Assembly (NCBI GenBank): GCA_951406725.2
Contig: OX597826.1
Coordinates: 63,488,001 to 63,552,000, forward strand
Source: Octopus vulgaris
Lineage: Eukaryota
Direction: 5' to 3'
Length of the DNA stretch: 64,000 nt
A program made the translations under genes and the position numbers. Shown here piece after piece: positions 24,398-37,869 of the stretch (positions are counted from its first letter, which is position 1; every line of letters begins with the position of its first letter). Under the pieces are notes generated by a model. The model worked only from the letters and a program-made list of their open reading frames with translations, was not told the origin of the DNA and searched no databases.

Positions 24398-27300
24398 TAA
24401 ACGCATCCATAAGGGTGGTTTCCATGGTTGTGTAATCAGCTAATTAAAGATTCACTGTGACTCAAGCTCCTATTCAAATTCATAATAATGGAATTGGATG
24501 GCAACCGAGAGTCACGGGAATCTGGGAAAGTATCTTGACCAAAGAGAGAAAGAGAGAAGACATTTAATTTAAGTCAAAGTTACAGAACATATGTGTGTGG
24601 TTCAGAAGTTCATTTTGTAACCACATGGTTTCAGTTTCAGTCCCTCTGTGCAGTACCTTGAGCAAGTTTCTTCTATGATAGTTTCAGGTTACCAATGCCT
24701 TGAGTGGATTTGGTAGATGGAAAATGTGTGGAAGCTTGTCATGTGTGTGTGTGTGTATGTGTTTGTGTTTGTCACCCCTGTCCCATCATTTGACAACCAG
24801 CATTGGTTGTTTACATTCCTGTAACTTAGCAGTTCGATAAAAGAGACTGATAGAATAAGTACCGGGCTTTAAAAACTAACTACTGGGATTCATTTGTTTG
24901 CCTAAAACCCTCTGAGGTGGTGATGCAGCTTGGTTGCAGTCCAATGACTGAAACAAGTAAAAGATAAAAGAAAAACTAGCAGATTATAGTGGAAATGAAG
25001 TTAGAAACTGGCTCCGAATGCTGTTAAAACAAAACATTAATAAGAACAGTATATTATCAAGGTATGATGGACCTGTAAAAATTAACACTTCCTTCTCCCA
25101 GCCTAGATTCGAAACCGAATCTAAGTATTCTCGGTCGTCCAAACCACCACGATCAACAGGCACGGAAAAAAGAGAAAGGCCTAGCAGCCAAATGAGAAAG
25201 TTCTATGACGAGAGGTTTTGAAAGACTGCAGAGACCCGAGAGAAATGTTCGAAGTTCCAGGGTAGACTACTGAACTCAGATGAATTACATACACACATAC
25301 ACACACACACAAACATATTCATTTCTGACACATCACTTCCACAGACGTACCCTGCTTCTATTTCTAGCAACTCGTAGCAGTTGTCAACATTTTGCATGTA
25401 GTGAAGAATTATGTGTACCAACGACAAATTAAGTCCAGTGAATAAATTATTTTCAACTATGAATCAATTCACTCATTTGTTTACTTCAAAGACATACACA
25501 TTCCGTTTGCATCTGTTCACCTGATACACACACTTAACCACTACAGACCTGTAAAAAAAAGTAGGTTTCTTTATGTTTTGGAAAATAATTTGTTTCAATA
25601 AAAGAAAAGGTGTTATTGCAATTCAAATAATGTAAACATTCAGATGAAACAGAATAATATGACTTGTACAGAAAATCTTTGTTAGAAACTCAACATTTGG
25701 GCTAATTTTTATGTATCAAGTACATATTCAGGTGCCAAGGTGTGTCTCTTTCTTTGATTATTCCAGGTTGAATATGCAGCTATGGAAATAGCTATTAGGA
25801 GAGTACGCCAACTTGACCTAGGATACTCTGAATATGGTGAAAGTGGAGATATCAACGTGACTCTGATTGCTGTGACACTCTGTGAAATTGGTGGAAAATT
25901 TTGTATTTATTGGTTGTGTATACAGGAAATCTAGACAAGCCACCAAACTATCATGTGAACAACAGGGGTTCATTGGGTAACAATTGGGTTTGCACACATG
26001 ATCGAACTATGATTTCTATGTGGCAAAATGCAGGATCAAACCCATTGCTATAGACCAAATGCAAAGTGTCACCCTCCAAAATTGGTGGTCTTTTCTTGCT
26101 GCCTTCCATCTTCTGTCATCTAACTTTCTAGGTCAGTACTTAGTAAGGTGAAAATGGTAGTGGATCCTCCCACAAGGGACACTTTTATGGGCTGGCACTT
26201 TCAAGTATGCTGTATAAGCTTGTATAAGACTTGTGGGGCCCGGGGAAAGGGTGCAGCAAACTGAAGGAGTGCCCTGAGTGGCACACTCTCTAGTTGCATT
26301 ACTGTTCTAGATCTTACAGAATTTCTATCAAGACTTGATATTTATGTTTTAAACTGTCCCTGGTCATGAGAAACTGATCTTTTTCTTACAACCACGTGTA
26401 AAACAAATGGGTCTAAAATTGTTTTGGAGTTTGAGATGCATCAGAAACCATAGCACCAGCCAGAGATTTCTAGAAAATTCAATTTGAAGCTGTTAGGAGA
26501 TGATTTGTTAAAAGACATTTGAAAGAAAGACGTACTTTGGAAAAATCAAAAGCCTGGTTTATTCCGTTAAATTCCAGAAGAGAAAGTTTTCAATATGCAC
26601 ATATCTTTTTTCAAAAATCTTTTTACTCGTTTCAGCCATTTAACCATGGCCATGCTGGGGCATCATCTTGAAGGGATCTTATGTGTGAAGTTGGGCTTTC
26701 CATAGGCTTTAATACACTAAAAGTGTTACTACCCCAATATGTGCTGTTGAAATTGGACAGCATTTGCTATTCCTGTGCATCATTTATGCTATCAAAAACA
26801 GTATATAATATTGATGTCTCTTAAAGGTGGTGAGGTGGCAGAATTGTTAGCATACTGGGCAAAATGCTTAGTGGGATTTCATCTGTATGTTTTGAGTTCA
26901 AACCCTGCCAAGGTCAATTTTGCCTTTCATCCTTTCAGCGCCAATAAAATAGTACCAGTTGAGCATCGGGGTCAATGTAATTAACTTACCTTCCCCCCTT
27001 CACACACACACCTATAGTTGTTAGCCTTGTACTAAAATTTGAAACTATTTATATCTCTTGTGAAAGTGGCCAGCTGATAGAATCATTAGCATGCCAGATA
27101 GAATGCTTAGCAGCATTTTGTCTGTCTTCATATTCTGAGTTCAAATTCCACTGAGTCTGACTTTACCTTTTATCCTTTCAGGGTCAATATAATAAGTACC
27201 AGTTGAGCACTGGGGTTGATGTAACCCCTACCACGTAATTGCTGGCCTTGTGTCAAAATTTTAAACCAGTATCTGTGTCTGTTGTCTGCAAATCCAAATT

Positions 27301-27564
27301 GTTATAGTTTTTTTTTCTCTTCCTTCACTGTAATCTCTCTTTTACTTGTTTCAGTCATTTGATTGTGGCCATGCTGGAGCACCACCTTTAGCTGAGCAAA
27401 TCGACCCCAGGACTTATTCTTTGTAAGCCTAGTACTTATTTCTATCGGTCTCTTTTACCGAACCGCTAAGTTACGGGGACATAAACACAACAGCATCAGT
27501 TGTCAAGTGATGTTGGGGGGACAAATACAGACACACAAACATATACATACACACATACATACAT

Positions 27565-27623
<59 letters not shown>

Positions 27624-28105
27624 TGTATGCCCTCCTCGTGCGGAGACGACTGCGCTGGCTCGGACACGTCTGCCGCATGCAGGACAGTTGCATGCCTAAA
27701 GACATCCTGTACAGCGAACTCACCACGGGATCCCGACCCAAGGGACGTCCACAGCTACGATACAGGGACGTGTGCAAGCGCGACCTGAGGACTGCCAACA
27801 TCTGTGTGGACACGTGGGAGGAAACAGCTGCTGACCGCTCTGCCTGGCGTCGGACGGTGAGGAAAGGCATTTCCATGGCTGAGGAGAGGAGAGCACAGCT
27901 GTGGTTGGACAGGCAGGACAGGAGGAGGACAACTGCAGCAAAACCCCACACATACCCATCGATGTTCGTGTGCAGCGACTGTACCAAGGACTGCCACTCT
28001 AGAATTGGACTGTTCAGTCACAGCAGACGCTGCACATCATCAAAGTAGGCCCCACCCTTGGCGCAACCCATTGTCTATCAAGACAGACGGGGATAAAGAA
28101 AGAAA
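27624..28105 (+). mobile_element. RTE-BovB-like LINE 3' fragment inserted in the microsatellite of a CORE-type SINE
   Basis: Open frame RRLRWLGHVCRM...PKDILYSEL..GSRPKGRPQLRYRD...CSDCTKDCHSRIGLFSHSRRC* (stop at 28048), then a short UTR and GAAA tail. SINE halves lie at 27338-27560 and 28120-28285. Confidence 0.9.
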
Positions 28106-28644
28106 ATATACATATACATATATACGACGGACTTCTTTCAGTTTCCGTCTACCAAATCCACTCACAAGGCTTTGGTCAGCCTGAGGCTATAGTAGAAGAC
28201 ACTTGCCCAAGGTGCCACACAGTGGGACTGAACCCAGAACCATGTGGTTGGTAAACAAGCTACTTACCACACAGCCACTCCTACTCCTCTCTGAGTAATT
28301 CAGAAACTTTAAAATGTTTTATAAAGTAGCCAAGTACATTTGATAACATATCAAATATGATTTAATAATTATGTCAAGGGGCATGTTATTTGTTTGCCAA
28401 TGTACTACATATAACAGAATGCAAAGTTTGTTTATTTCATATAACTAAGCACAGTGAGCATTCAGTTGGCTGGGTGGCTAGGGTACCATACAATAAGCAG
28501 AGAGAGAGATCAACAGTTCAACAGTTTGAATTGTGTTTCTCTGGTACTAGATCAAGGCCCAGTCTACAGTCTATTTAGTTATACACTGGTACCAGAGTGT
28601 AGGATGCTGCAGCTATAAAACTGATAAGTAATTCGCAGCATTAA

Positions 28645-28866
28645 CCCTTTAGCATTTAAACCGGTCATATCCGGCCAAAAGTATTCTGCCTGTTTTATGT
28701 TCAAACTGGCCACATCTGGTCTCTCACACCAACCCTACAATACTGTTTAAAAAATTAACAGCTACCTCATCAAAATCTTAAAGCTACAAGATAAGGCATG
28801 ATTAGTTCAAAACAATGTGGATAAAAAAAGGATTAATTTTGGGAGAATAATGCGAACACTAAAGGG
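28645..28866. mobile_element. TTAA-target (piggyBac-like) MITE
   Basis: TTAA at 28641-28644 and 28867-28870, with TIRs ccctttag and ctaaaggg. Confidence 0.8.
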
Positions 28867-31800
28867 TTAAGTCAAAAATAACAATTCTAATTAGTTAGCC
28901 CAACCCACCTGAGATCAACCCTACCATGAATATTGATATCTAATAATCCTTTCAGCTATAGGCACAAGGCCTGAAATTTGGGGGAGGGGTCTAGTTGATT
29001 ACATCAACCCCAGTACTCAACTGGTACTTAATTTATCGACCCTGAAAGGATAGAAGGCAAAGTTGAACTCGGCAGAATTTGAACTCAGAACTTCGCAGCA
29101 GACGAAATACCTATTTCTTTACTACCCACAAGGGGCTAAACACAGAGAGGACAAACAAGGACAGACAAACGGATGAAGTTGATTATATCGACCCCAGTGT
29201 ATAAGTGGTACTTATTTAATTGACTCCGAAAGGATGAAAGGCAAAGTCAACCTCGGCAGAATTTGAACTCAGAACATAGCAGCAGATGAAATACCGCAAA
29301 GCATTTCAACCAATGTGCTAACAATTCTGCCGGCTCACTGCCTTATTATTAATATTTAATTAATGTTACAACTTTACATTATGGAGTGGAATGTACAATT
29401 TCCTGTAATTCAGACTATCTAATGGTCCCAGCAGACAAAATGGAAATGGTGTTGCCATGGAGGATGAGGAGGATGCACTGGAACACCCACTCTGACTCAC
29501 AAGGCTTGCATTTGCAGATAGCCATCTCCGACCCAAAAGTGATAAGCCAGTATATGGTCCAGGGGGCCAAGTATGCCAGAAGTCTTCACTGCCACAGGCT
29601 TGACTATAAACCTGTCAGAGAGTGACCCTGACAAGCAACAGAGACTGGGCTGGTAGCTCAATACTTCTACCTATATGGTGCAAAATCTCCCATTATAATG
29701 TGATTGCATTTAAATTAAAACCTTCCAATATAATATTCTATCAGTTACAATCTACATCAGCTTAATATTGAAAATCAATTTTGGTTGCTTTAATTCAATG
29801 CAGTAACTTTGCTTTTTTCCTAGGTAGCATGTGTTGGCTCTAAATAGATCCATTTTTTGTCTGGTAAGAGCTAGTTCATAATAGTTTTGCTGCAATCCTT
29901 TCATTAATCGTGCTAGTAGGGTGCCAAGAGCACCACCCGAGGGTGATCGTTGCCAGAGCAGCCAACTGGCTCCGTGCCAGTGGCATGTAAAAGGGCACCA
30001 TTCGAGCGTGATCGTTACCAACGTCGCCTTACTGGCACTTGTGCTGGTGGCATGTGTAAAAAGATTTGAGAGAGGTCATTGCCAGTACCGCCTGACTGGC
30101 CCCGTGCCAGTGGTACATAAAAAGCACCCACTACACTCTCGGAGTGGTTGGCATTAGGAAGGGCATCAAGCTGTAGAAACTCTGCCAGATCAAGATTGGA
30201 GCCTGGTGTGGCTGTCTGGTTCGCCAGCCCTCAGTCAAAGTCGTCCAACCCATGCTAGCATGGAAGGCGGACGTTAAACGATGATGATGATGATGATGAT
30301 GTATGAGAGGCCCTAGCCAGGAGCTTCTGCTCCACTGGCATAACTCTCAAGATCATTGAGGTACATAGGCCATCATGCCATAATAAGGGCTGTACCTTAA
30401 TGATGGATTAGATAGATGAACCTGAAAGGAAAGATGATGGATGGAATACTTTGGAAAACTTTTGATCAAAATATTTAAAAACTGATAGTGAAAAATGTAG
30501 GAAACCTCAAAAACAATTTTTTCTTTCTGTGTGTGTGTGTGTATTTGCATGTGTGTGTGTATGTGTGTACATATGTGTACATGTATGTGCACCTTTGTGA
30601 AAGTACAAGATGCAATGTTTTAGGTGCCAAGGTCAGTCTATTTCAACATCCACTCAATAGGGGTCATAGGATAAACTGTTTATTGCTGATGTCCTGGTAT
30701 GAATTGTGCTTACAGCATTACCAGAAGAAGATTATTAAATACTTGGTCGATGATGTCACAGTAGATTGTAAAACAAATCTTCCCACGACTGTTTGCTGAT
30801 TATAGCCAACCAAGGCACCATGTTGACTTAAATAAAAACCAAGATCGGTCACCAAGTGATTGGATTGTATATGAAAGAGAAAAACACAATGCCTTTAGCA
30901 GAAGCATGTTTGAACCTGTTTCAGATACAGTTACACAGAAAGGGAAACAGTTTCAGATTCTGTTTTAGTGTTGCACCTTGGACAAGTGTCATCTACTTCA
31001 GCCCTGGATCAATCAAAGCATTGATTTTGGTAAATTGAAAGAAGATCATCATATATATACTCTTTCATTTTTCTCTCTTTCACTTTCTTATTCTTTTACC
31101 TTCTCTTCTCCCACTATTCTATCCTATTACTCTGTCACTCCTCCTCCCTTACTCACGTGGCTCCCACGTGACCATCGACCATCTCTCTTTCTTCTCTTAA
31201 CTTGTGCTTCTTTCTTTCTCTCCATTGTAGCTGGAACAAGGAAGATGTGTTCTTGTTTGTCTCCTGTCCAAGCTTGATTTACACGTCCACCACCACAACC
31301 TTGTTTAGGCTTAGCAGCTCTTCCTGTTTGTTTTCACCGTCCTGTTTGTGTTACCAATTCTGACCCTCCACAAGAATCCCAAATTATATTTAATTTGCTT
31401 TGCGGGAGCAACTGTTTTATCAAGAGTGTATCATCATCATCATCATCATCGTTTAACGTTCGTTCTCCATGCTAGCATGGGTTGGACGGTTCGACCAGGG
31501 ATCTGGGAAGCCAGAAGGCTGCACCAGGCTCCAGTCTTATCTGGCAATGTTTCTACAGCTGGATGCCCTTCCTAACGCCAACCACTCCGTGAGTGTAGTG
31601 GGTGCTTTTTACGTGCCAGGCGAGGCTGGCAACGGCCACGGTTGGATTGGTGTATTTTACGTGCCACCGGCACGGAGGCCAGTCGAGGCGGCGCTGGCAT
31701 CGGCCACGAGTCGGATAGTGCTTTTTACGTACCACCACACCAGGGATCCTGGCTGGTTCAATTCGATTTCGATTTATTGTTGTATATTGTTGTTAAATGC

Positions 31801-32072
31801 TCGAAATACATGACTAGAAAAACAGCCAACAACTGATGAGGGGTCGTTCTTTATGTTGTTTGTTTTGTTTTCCATTTGTGTCTTTCGTTGTTCAAAAGAA
31901 TAGTTCATGTTCCATGTACTCGTGCGTTGTACTTTTTTTTGTTCCACATGTTTCGTGACGGCCTGTGCCCACATATGCATATATATATGTATAGATGTAA
32001 GTAGGTACATATACGTATGTATATATGCATATATTTATATTATTTATAATACATATATATATATATATATAT

Positions 32073-32311
32073 ATATAATATAATATTAATTAGAGACAAA
32101 ACCACTATTATGCAAATCAAACAAAGAAAGACTTAATCCAATACATAAAAAATTTTATATAAATTAAATATAATTAAGATTAATTAAGTGGATATCTTAA
32201 TTAATCTTAATTATATTTAATTTATATAAATTTTTTTATGTATTGGATTAAGTCTTTCTTTGTTTGATTTGCATAATAGTAGTTTTGTCTCTAATTAATA
32301 TTATATTATAT
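32073..32311. repeat. Long near-perfect palindrome with ~116-bp arms and 7-nt loop
   Basis: Arms 32073-32188 and 32196-32311 have about two mismatches. Confidence 0.95.
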
Positions 32312-32409
32312 GTTACTATAAAATTGGATTCAATCCTAAATCTGATATACGTATGTATATATGCATATATTTATATTATTTATAATACATATATATATAT
32401 ATATATATA

Positions 32410-32600
32410 CAGGGTGTGGTAAATAAACTGTCGTCTAAATTACGCAAAAATGAAAATAACACTGACATCTCATTTTAACAGATATATTCACCAAAAGTAC
32501 ATAAAAATATCTTGAAATACTAAAGAGTAAATTTATTCAATAAAATCGCCATTGGCTTCAACTATGGCCTCCAGTCGACTCCAGAATCTCCTGCAACTCT
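32410..32600 (-). mobile_element. Right end of a Tc1/mariner-superfamily element
   Basis: TA|CAGGGTG terminus. The minus strand encodes SCRRFWSRLEAIVEANGDFIE*, a typical transposase C-terminus. Confidence 0.75.
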
Positions 32601-32743
32601 TCTGGACAGTCTCTTTGTCTGAGTTGGTGAATAGAAAGGTGTCAGGTAATGTTGAATAAGTGCTATAGACAGACTACAGTTAAGTTCCAGATTCGGTAAT
32701 ATTGCGAATAAAGGGTTCAATGTTGGTTCTATGTCAGCGTGTG

Positions 32744-32896
32744 TATATAGGATTTTTTTGCATAATAAGATAAAAAACCAAGGCTGTGTAGATATTAGAG
32801 TATTTATAGATAGGGTCTTACAGCTTCTATCTATAAATGCTCTAATATCTATACAACCTTGGCTTTTTATCTTATTACACAAAAAATTCTTATATA
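32744..32896. repeat. Imperfect palindrome with 70-bp arms and 13-nt loop
   Basis: Arms 32744-32813 and 32827-32896 have roughly 8 mismatches, mostly transitions. Confidence 0.9.
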
Positions 32897-33184
32897 TATG
32901 TATGTATACATATATATGATGGGCTTCTTTCAGTTTCCGTCAACCAAATCCACTCACAAGGCTTTGGTCGGCCTGAGGCTATAGTAGAAGACACTTCCCC
33001 AAGGAACCATGCAGTGGGACTGAACTCGCAACCATGTGGTTCGTTAGCAAGCTACTTACCACACAGCCACTCCTACGTCTATGTTGTTGAAATTCCAATG
33101 AAGGAGCCTTGGATTTAGGTTAGAAACTGGCTCTTACTCTATTGGCAAGAGATCTTGAAATAAAATTGAATAATGATATGCACA

Positions 33185-33355
33185 CACATACATACATACA
33201 TACATACATACATACATACATACATACATACATACATACATACATACGTACATACGTACGTACATACATACATACATACATACATACATACGTACATACA
33301 TACATACATACATACATACATACGTACATACATACATACATGCATACATACATAT
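33185..33355. repeat. (TACA)n microsatellite
   Basis: Directly visible. Confidence 0.97.
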
Positions 33356-34398
33356 AAAGGAGGTGTGTGTGAAAAATTCTATTTGTGTTGATTTTTTTTC
33401 TTTTTCATCTTTCTTTTTTAGAATTCTAATATCCAGTATTTAAAATAGAAATCTGAAAGAAATCTTATTAGGAAAAAATATGAATTAAAAATGTGACAGG
33501 GTGGAGAAAATTCTTATTTAAAAAAAAAAATGTTTGTTAATTTGCAAACAAAACTTTCATTCTGAGTTTCTCTCTCTAGTGCAAATCACTACTTTAAACA
33601 TTTTGGGCAACATTTTTATGAAATTGATCTGGCAGCCCTGCAACAGGAAATGAACAGTATCCCTAGGGTATTCTCTCACCCACCCATCCTACACTTAATG
33701 TACAGAGTTAGTAACAAAAAATGTGTCAAAATTTATTACCAGTAAATATAGTAAATATAGATACAGCAGTTTTGTCCCTGTCTGTCTGTCATCAGACTCT
33801 CACTCTGTTTTTCTGCCTGTCTGCCTGTTTCTCTGTCTGTCTGTATGTATGTACTCTTGTACTCTTTTACTTGTTTCAGTCATTTGACTGCGGCCATGCT
33901 GGAGCACCGCCTTTAGTCGAGCAACTCGACCCCCCGGGACTTATTCTTTTGTAAGCAAGCCCAGTACTTATTCAATCGGTCTCTTTTGCCGAACCGCTAA
34001 GTGACGGGGACGTAAACACACCAGCATCGGTTGTCAAGCAATGCTAGGGGAGCAAACACAGACACACAAACACACACACGCATACATATATACGACAGGC
34101 TTCTTTCAGTTTCCGTCTACCAAATCCACTCACAAGGCATTGGTCGGCCCGAGGCTATAGTAGAAGACACTTGCCCAAGGTACCATGCAGTGGGACTGAA
34201 CCCGGAACCATGTGGCTGGTAAGCAAGCTACTTACCACACAGCCACTCCTGCGCCTATATATTATTATATTATTATTTTTTATTAATGATAATATCTTTA
34301 TATTTTTTTATAATTTTATTCACTTCAATCATTTTCAATTTACTACTACGTTCATATGGTCGATACACACATGGTGACACGGGTATATTTAGCCCTAG

Positions 34399-34470
34399 GC
34401 AGTAGTACTCACTGATGAGAACTAAGTGTTTATCACAGGGTTCGAAATCATGTGATATGTGTACGTCTGC
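34399..34470 (+). ncRNA. Type I hammerhead ribozyme fold with canonical core
   Basis: gcagtagtactca CTGATGA gaac-(17 nt)-gttc GAAA tcatgtga TA tgtgtacgtctgc. Stems I, II and III all pair. Predicted cleavage is after 34457. Confidence 0.7.
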
Positions 34471-34579
34471 AACTCATTTGCAATTTTCACTTGCTATCAG
34501 GAAGTTGGCTTTTTATATACTCATTTCCTCAAATTCACTAGTGTGTTCTTCAGCCACACATACATACATATATATATAT

Positions 34580-34652
<73 letters not shown>

Positions 34653-34785
34653 TATATATGCGTTAGGAAGGGCATCCAGATGAGACTGGAGCCTGGTGCA
34701 GCCTTCTGGCTTCCCAGATCCCCGGTCGAACTGTCCAACCCATGGTAGCATGGAGAACGGACGTTAAACAATGATGATGATGATG

Positions 34786-34816
<31 letters not shown>

Positions 34817-34821
34817 CATAC

Positions 34822-34866
<45 letters not shown>

Positions 34867-35024
34867 ATACATACATATATACGATGGGCTTCTTTCAGAT
34901 TTCCATCTACCAAATCCGAGGCTATAGTAGAAGACACTTGCCCAAGGTGCCACGCAGTGGGAATGAACCTGGAACCATGTGGTTGGGAAGCAAGCTACTT
35001 ACCACACAGCCACTCCTGCGTCTA

Positions 35025-36103
35025 CATCATCATCATCATCATCATTGTTTAACGTCTGCTTTCCATGCTAGCATGGATTGGACGATTTGACTGAGGTCTG
35101 ATGAACCAGATGGCTGCACCAGACTCCAGTCTGATCTGGCAGAGTTTCTACAGCTGGATGCCCTTCCTAACGCCAACCACTCCAAGAGTGTTGTGGGTGC
35201 TTTTACATGTCACCGGCATGAGCACCAGTCAGGCAGTACTGGCAACGGCCACACTCAAATGGTGCTTTTTATGTATCACCTGCACAGGAGTCAGTCCAGT
35301 GGCACTGGCAACGACTTCGCTCGAATGTTTTTTCACATGCCACCAGCACAAGTGCCAATAAGGCGACGCAGGTAACGATCATGCTCAAATGATGTTTTTA
35401 TGTGCCACTGGCATGGTGGCCAGCTTGTGGCTCTGGCAACGATCACACTCATATGGTACTCTTAGCGCTCCACTAGCATGGATGCTAGTCATCAAATTTG
35501 ATTTCGATTTCAATTTCACTTGCCTCAACAGGTCTTCGCAAGCAGAGTTTAGTGTCCAATGAAGGAAAGGTATGCATAAGTGAGCTGGTTACACCCCTGG
35601 CATAGGCCACAAGGCTATGGTCTCACTTGAGCTTGCCAAGTCTTCTCAAGCACAGCATATTTCCAAAGGTCCCGGTCACTAGTCATTGTCTCGGTGAGGC
35701 CCAATGTTCGAAGGTCATGCTTCCCCACCTCATCCCAGGTCTTCCTCTGCCACAGGTTCCCTCAACTGCTAGGGTGTGGCACTTTTTCACACAGCTATCC
35801 ACATCCATTCTCGCCACATGGCCATACCAATACAGTTGTCTCTCTTGCACACCACATCTGATGCTTCTTAGGTCCAACTTTTCTCTCAAGGTACTAACAC
35901 TCTGTCGAGTATGCACACTGACAATACACATCCATCGGAGCATACTGACTTCATTCCTTGTGAGCTTACACATGTCCTCAGCAGTCACGGCCCATGTTTC
36001 ACTGCCATATAGCATGGCTGTTCATACACATGTGTCACACAGTCTACCTTTTACTCTGAGCGAGAGGCCCTTTGTCAACAGCAGAGGTAAGAGCTCTCTG
36101 AAC
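35025..36103 (-). mobile_element. RTE-clade LINE 3' fragment (RT C-terminus, repeat-containing 3' UTR, (GAT)n tail)
   Basis: MLYGSETWAV...MLRWMC...LYWYGHVARM...VEGTCGRGRP is contiguous with the abundant GAT-tailed repeat. Confidence 0.9.
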
Positions 36104-37589
36104 TTTATATATATATATATGGGTGGGTGTGTGCGTGTATCAATGTGTGTGTTTGTGTCTGTGTCTGTCTTCTCATCACTGCTTGACAACTGGTGTCGGT
36201 GTGTTTACGTCACCATAACTTAGCAGTTCACCAGAAGAAACCAACAGAATAAGTACTAGGCTTAAAAAATAAGTCCTGAGGTCGATTTGTTCGACTAAAA
36301 CATTTCAAGGTGGTGCTCCAGTATGGCCACAGTCAAATGACTGAAACAAGTAAAAGACTATTATTTAGTAAAAAAAAAAAATACAAAGGTGATAATAGTT
36401 ATTGTTATATTTTGGGATGGTCATTTTACTTTTCCTTTTTTGGCCAAATAACTACATGCACTATATACTCCTTCTTCACCTCAACTTGATTATTATTCTT
36501 ATTATGGTGTAATTTGTCTGAATTCTTTCCTCACACCTCCTGTGACCTCTTCAGCAAATCTTCATTCCATGTGTCTCCTGTTGTGTTTAGTAGATTCTGT
36601 CGTTCTGTGGCATGTATCATTATCTACGTGTGCATTTGCCCCTATATTTGTGTGTGTGCATGTTTGTGTTTAGTATGTGTTTTGTGTGTGTGTTTATGGG
36701 TTTGCTTACTATACTGTTGACACCAGTGTCTTTTATTTAGTTTTTTTATTCATTTATTTAATTATTTATTTCTCTATTTTTTCTCATTCCATCCCAAGTT
36801 TGTGTATGTGTGTCGTGTGTGTGTGTGTGTGTAAGGCTTTATGTACTGTTTGTATCTCTCTCTCTTTTACTCTATTTGTTTCAGTCATTTAACTGCGGCC
36901 ATGCTGGAGCACCGCCTTTAATCGAGCAACTCGACCCCGGGACTTATTCTTTTGTAAGCCCAGTACTTATTCAATCGGTCTCTTTTGCCGAACCGCTAAG
37001 TAACGGGGACATAAACACTGCAGCATCAGTTATCAAGCAATGCTAGGGGGACAAACACAGACACACAAACACACACACGCATATATATATATATATATAC
37101 ATATATACGATGGGCTTCTTTCAGTTTCCGTCTACCAAATCCACTCACAAGGCTTTGGTCGGCCCGAGGCTATAGTAGAAGACACTTGCCCAAGATGCCA
37201 CGCAGTGGGACTGAACCCAGAACCGTGGAGTTGGTAAACAAGCTACTTACCACACAGCCACTCCTGTATCTATTTCTTCTTTTTTTCTTCTCTCCACCAT
37301 CTTTTGTTTTCACCCCAAAAAAACGTCAAAACTCGATCATATGGGATCATGTGATTGTTTGTTAATTTCTGTTAAAAAGTTTTATTTATTTACTTTTCAT
37401 GTGCCATTTTTCAGCTCTCTGTATTTGTTGTCAGTTACACACACACACAAACACACACGTACACCATTTATCTTTCATATTCACGTACATACATAAATGT
37501 GTGTGTGTGTTTGTGTGTGTGTGTGTGCGCGCGCGCTCGTAATTAAGCCCTTAACCAACTGCTGGGCACCTTTGAAAGAACTGTGTATG

Positions 37590-37642
<53 letters not shown>

Positions 37643-37645
<3 letters not shown>

Positions 37646-37818
37646 GGTCCCGGGTTGATTCGGGGTTAACCACAGTAAATAAGGTACTCAATACATAGCA
37701 GAGTAAAATTAATTTATTATATAGAAGGTGCTTCTACAGGACTAGAACTGTTTCATTCAAGAGAAATCTTCTGAATGAAACAGTTCTAGTCCTGTAGAAG
37801 CTCCTTCTATATAATAAA

Positions 37819-37823
<5 letters not shown>
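37643..37823. mobile_element. Short fold-back element between two (TA)n tracts
   Basis: IR arms 37708-37759 and 37772-37823. The minus strand holds a truncated hammerhead-like core. Confidence 0.7.

Positions 37824-37869
<46 letters not shown>

Noticed and set aside
25380-25548. Coding exon after a strong minus-strand acceptor
   Set aside because: All frames stop within 26 codons and no homology is recognised. It is at most non-coding.
29386-29680. Moderately GC-rich stretch with a 79-aa ORF
   Set aside because: It has no convincing splice signals or motif and is likely a decayed repeat.
31828-31862. CTGATGA flanked by aacaa/ttgtt as a hammerhead
   Set aside because: No GAAA box or stem III follows.
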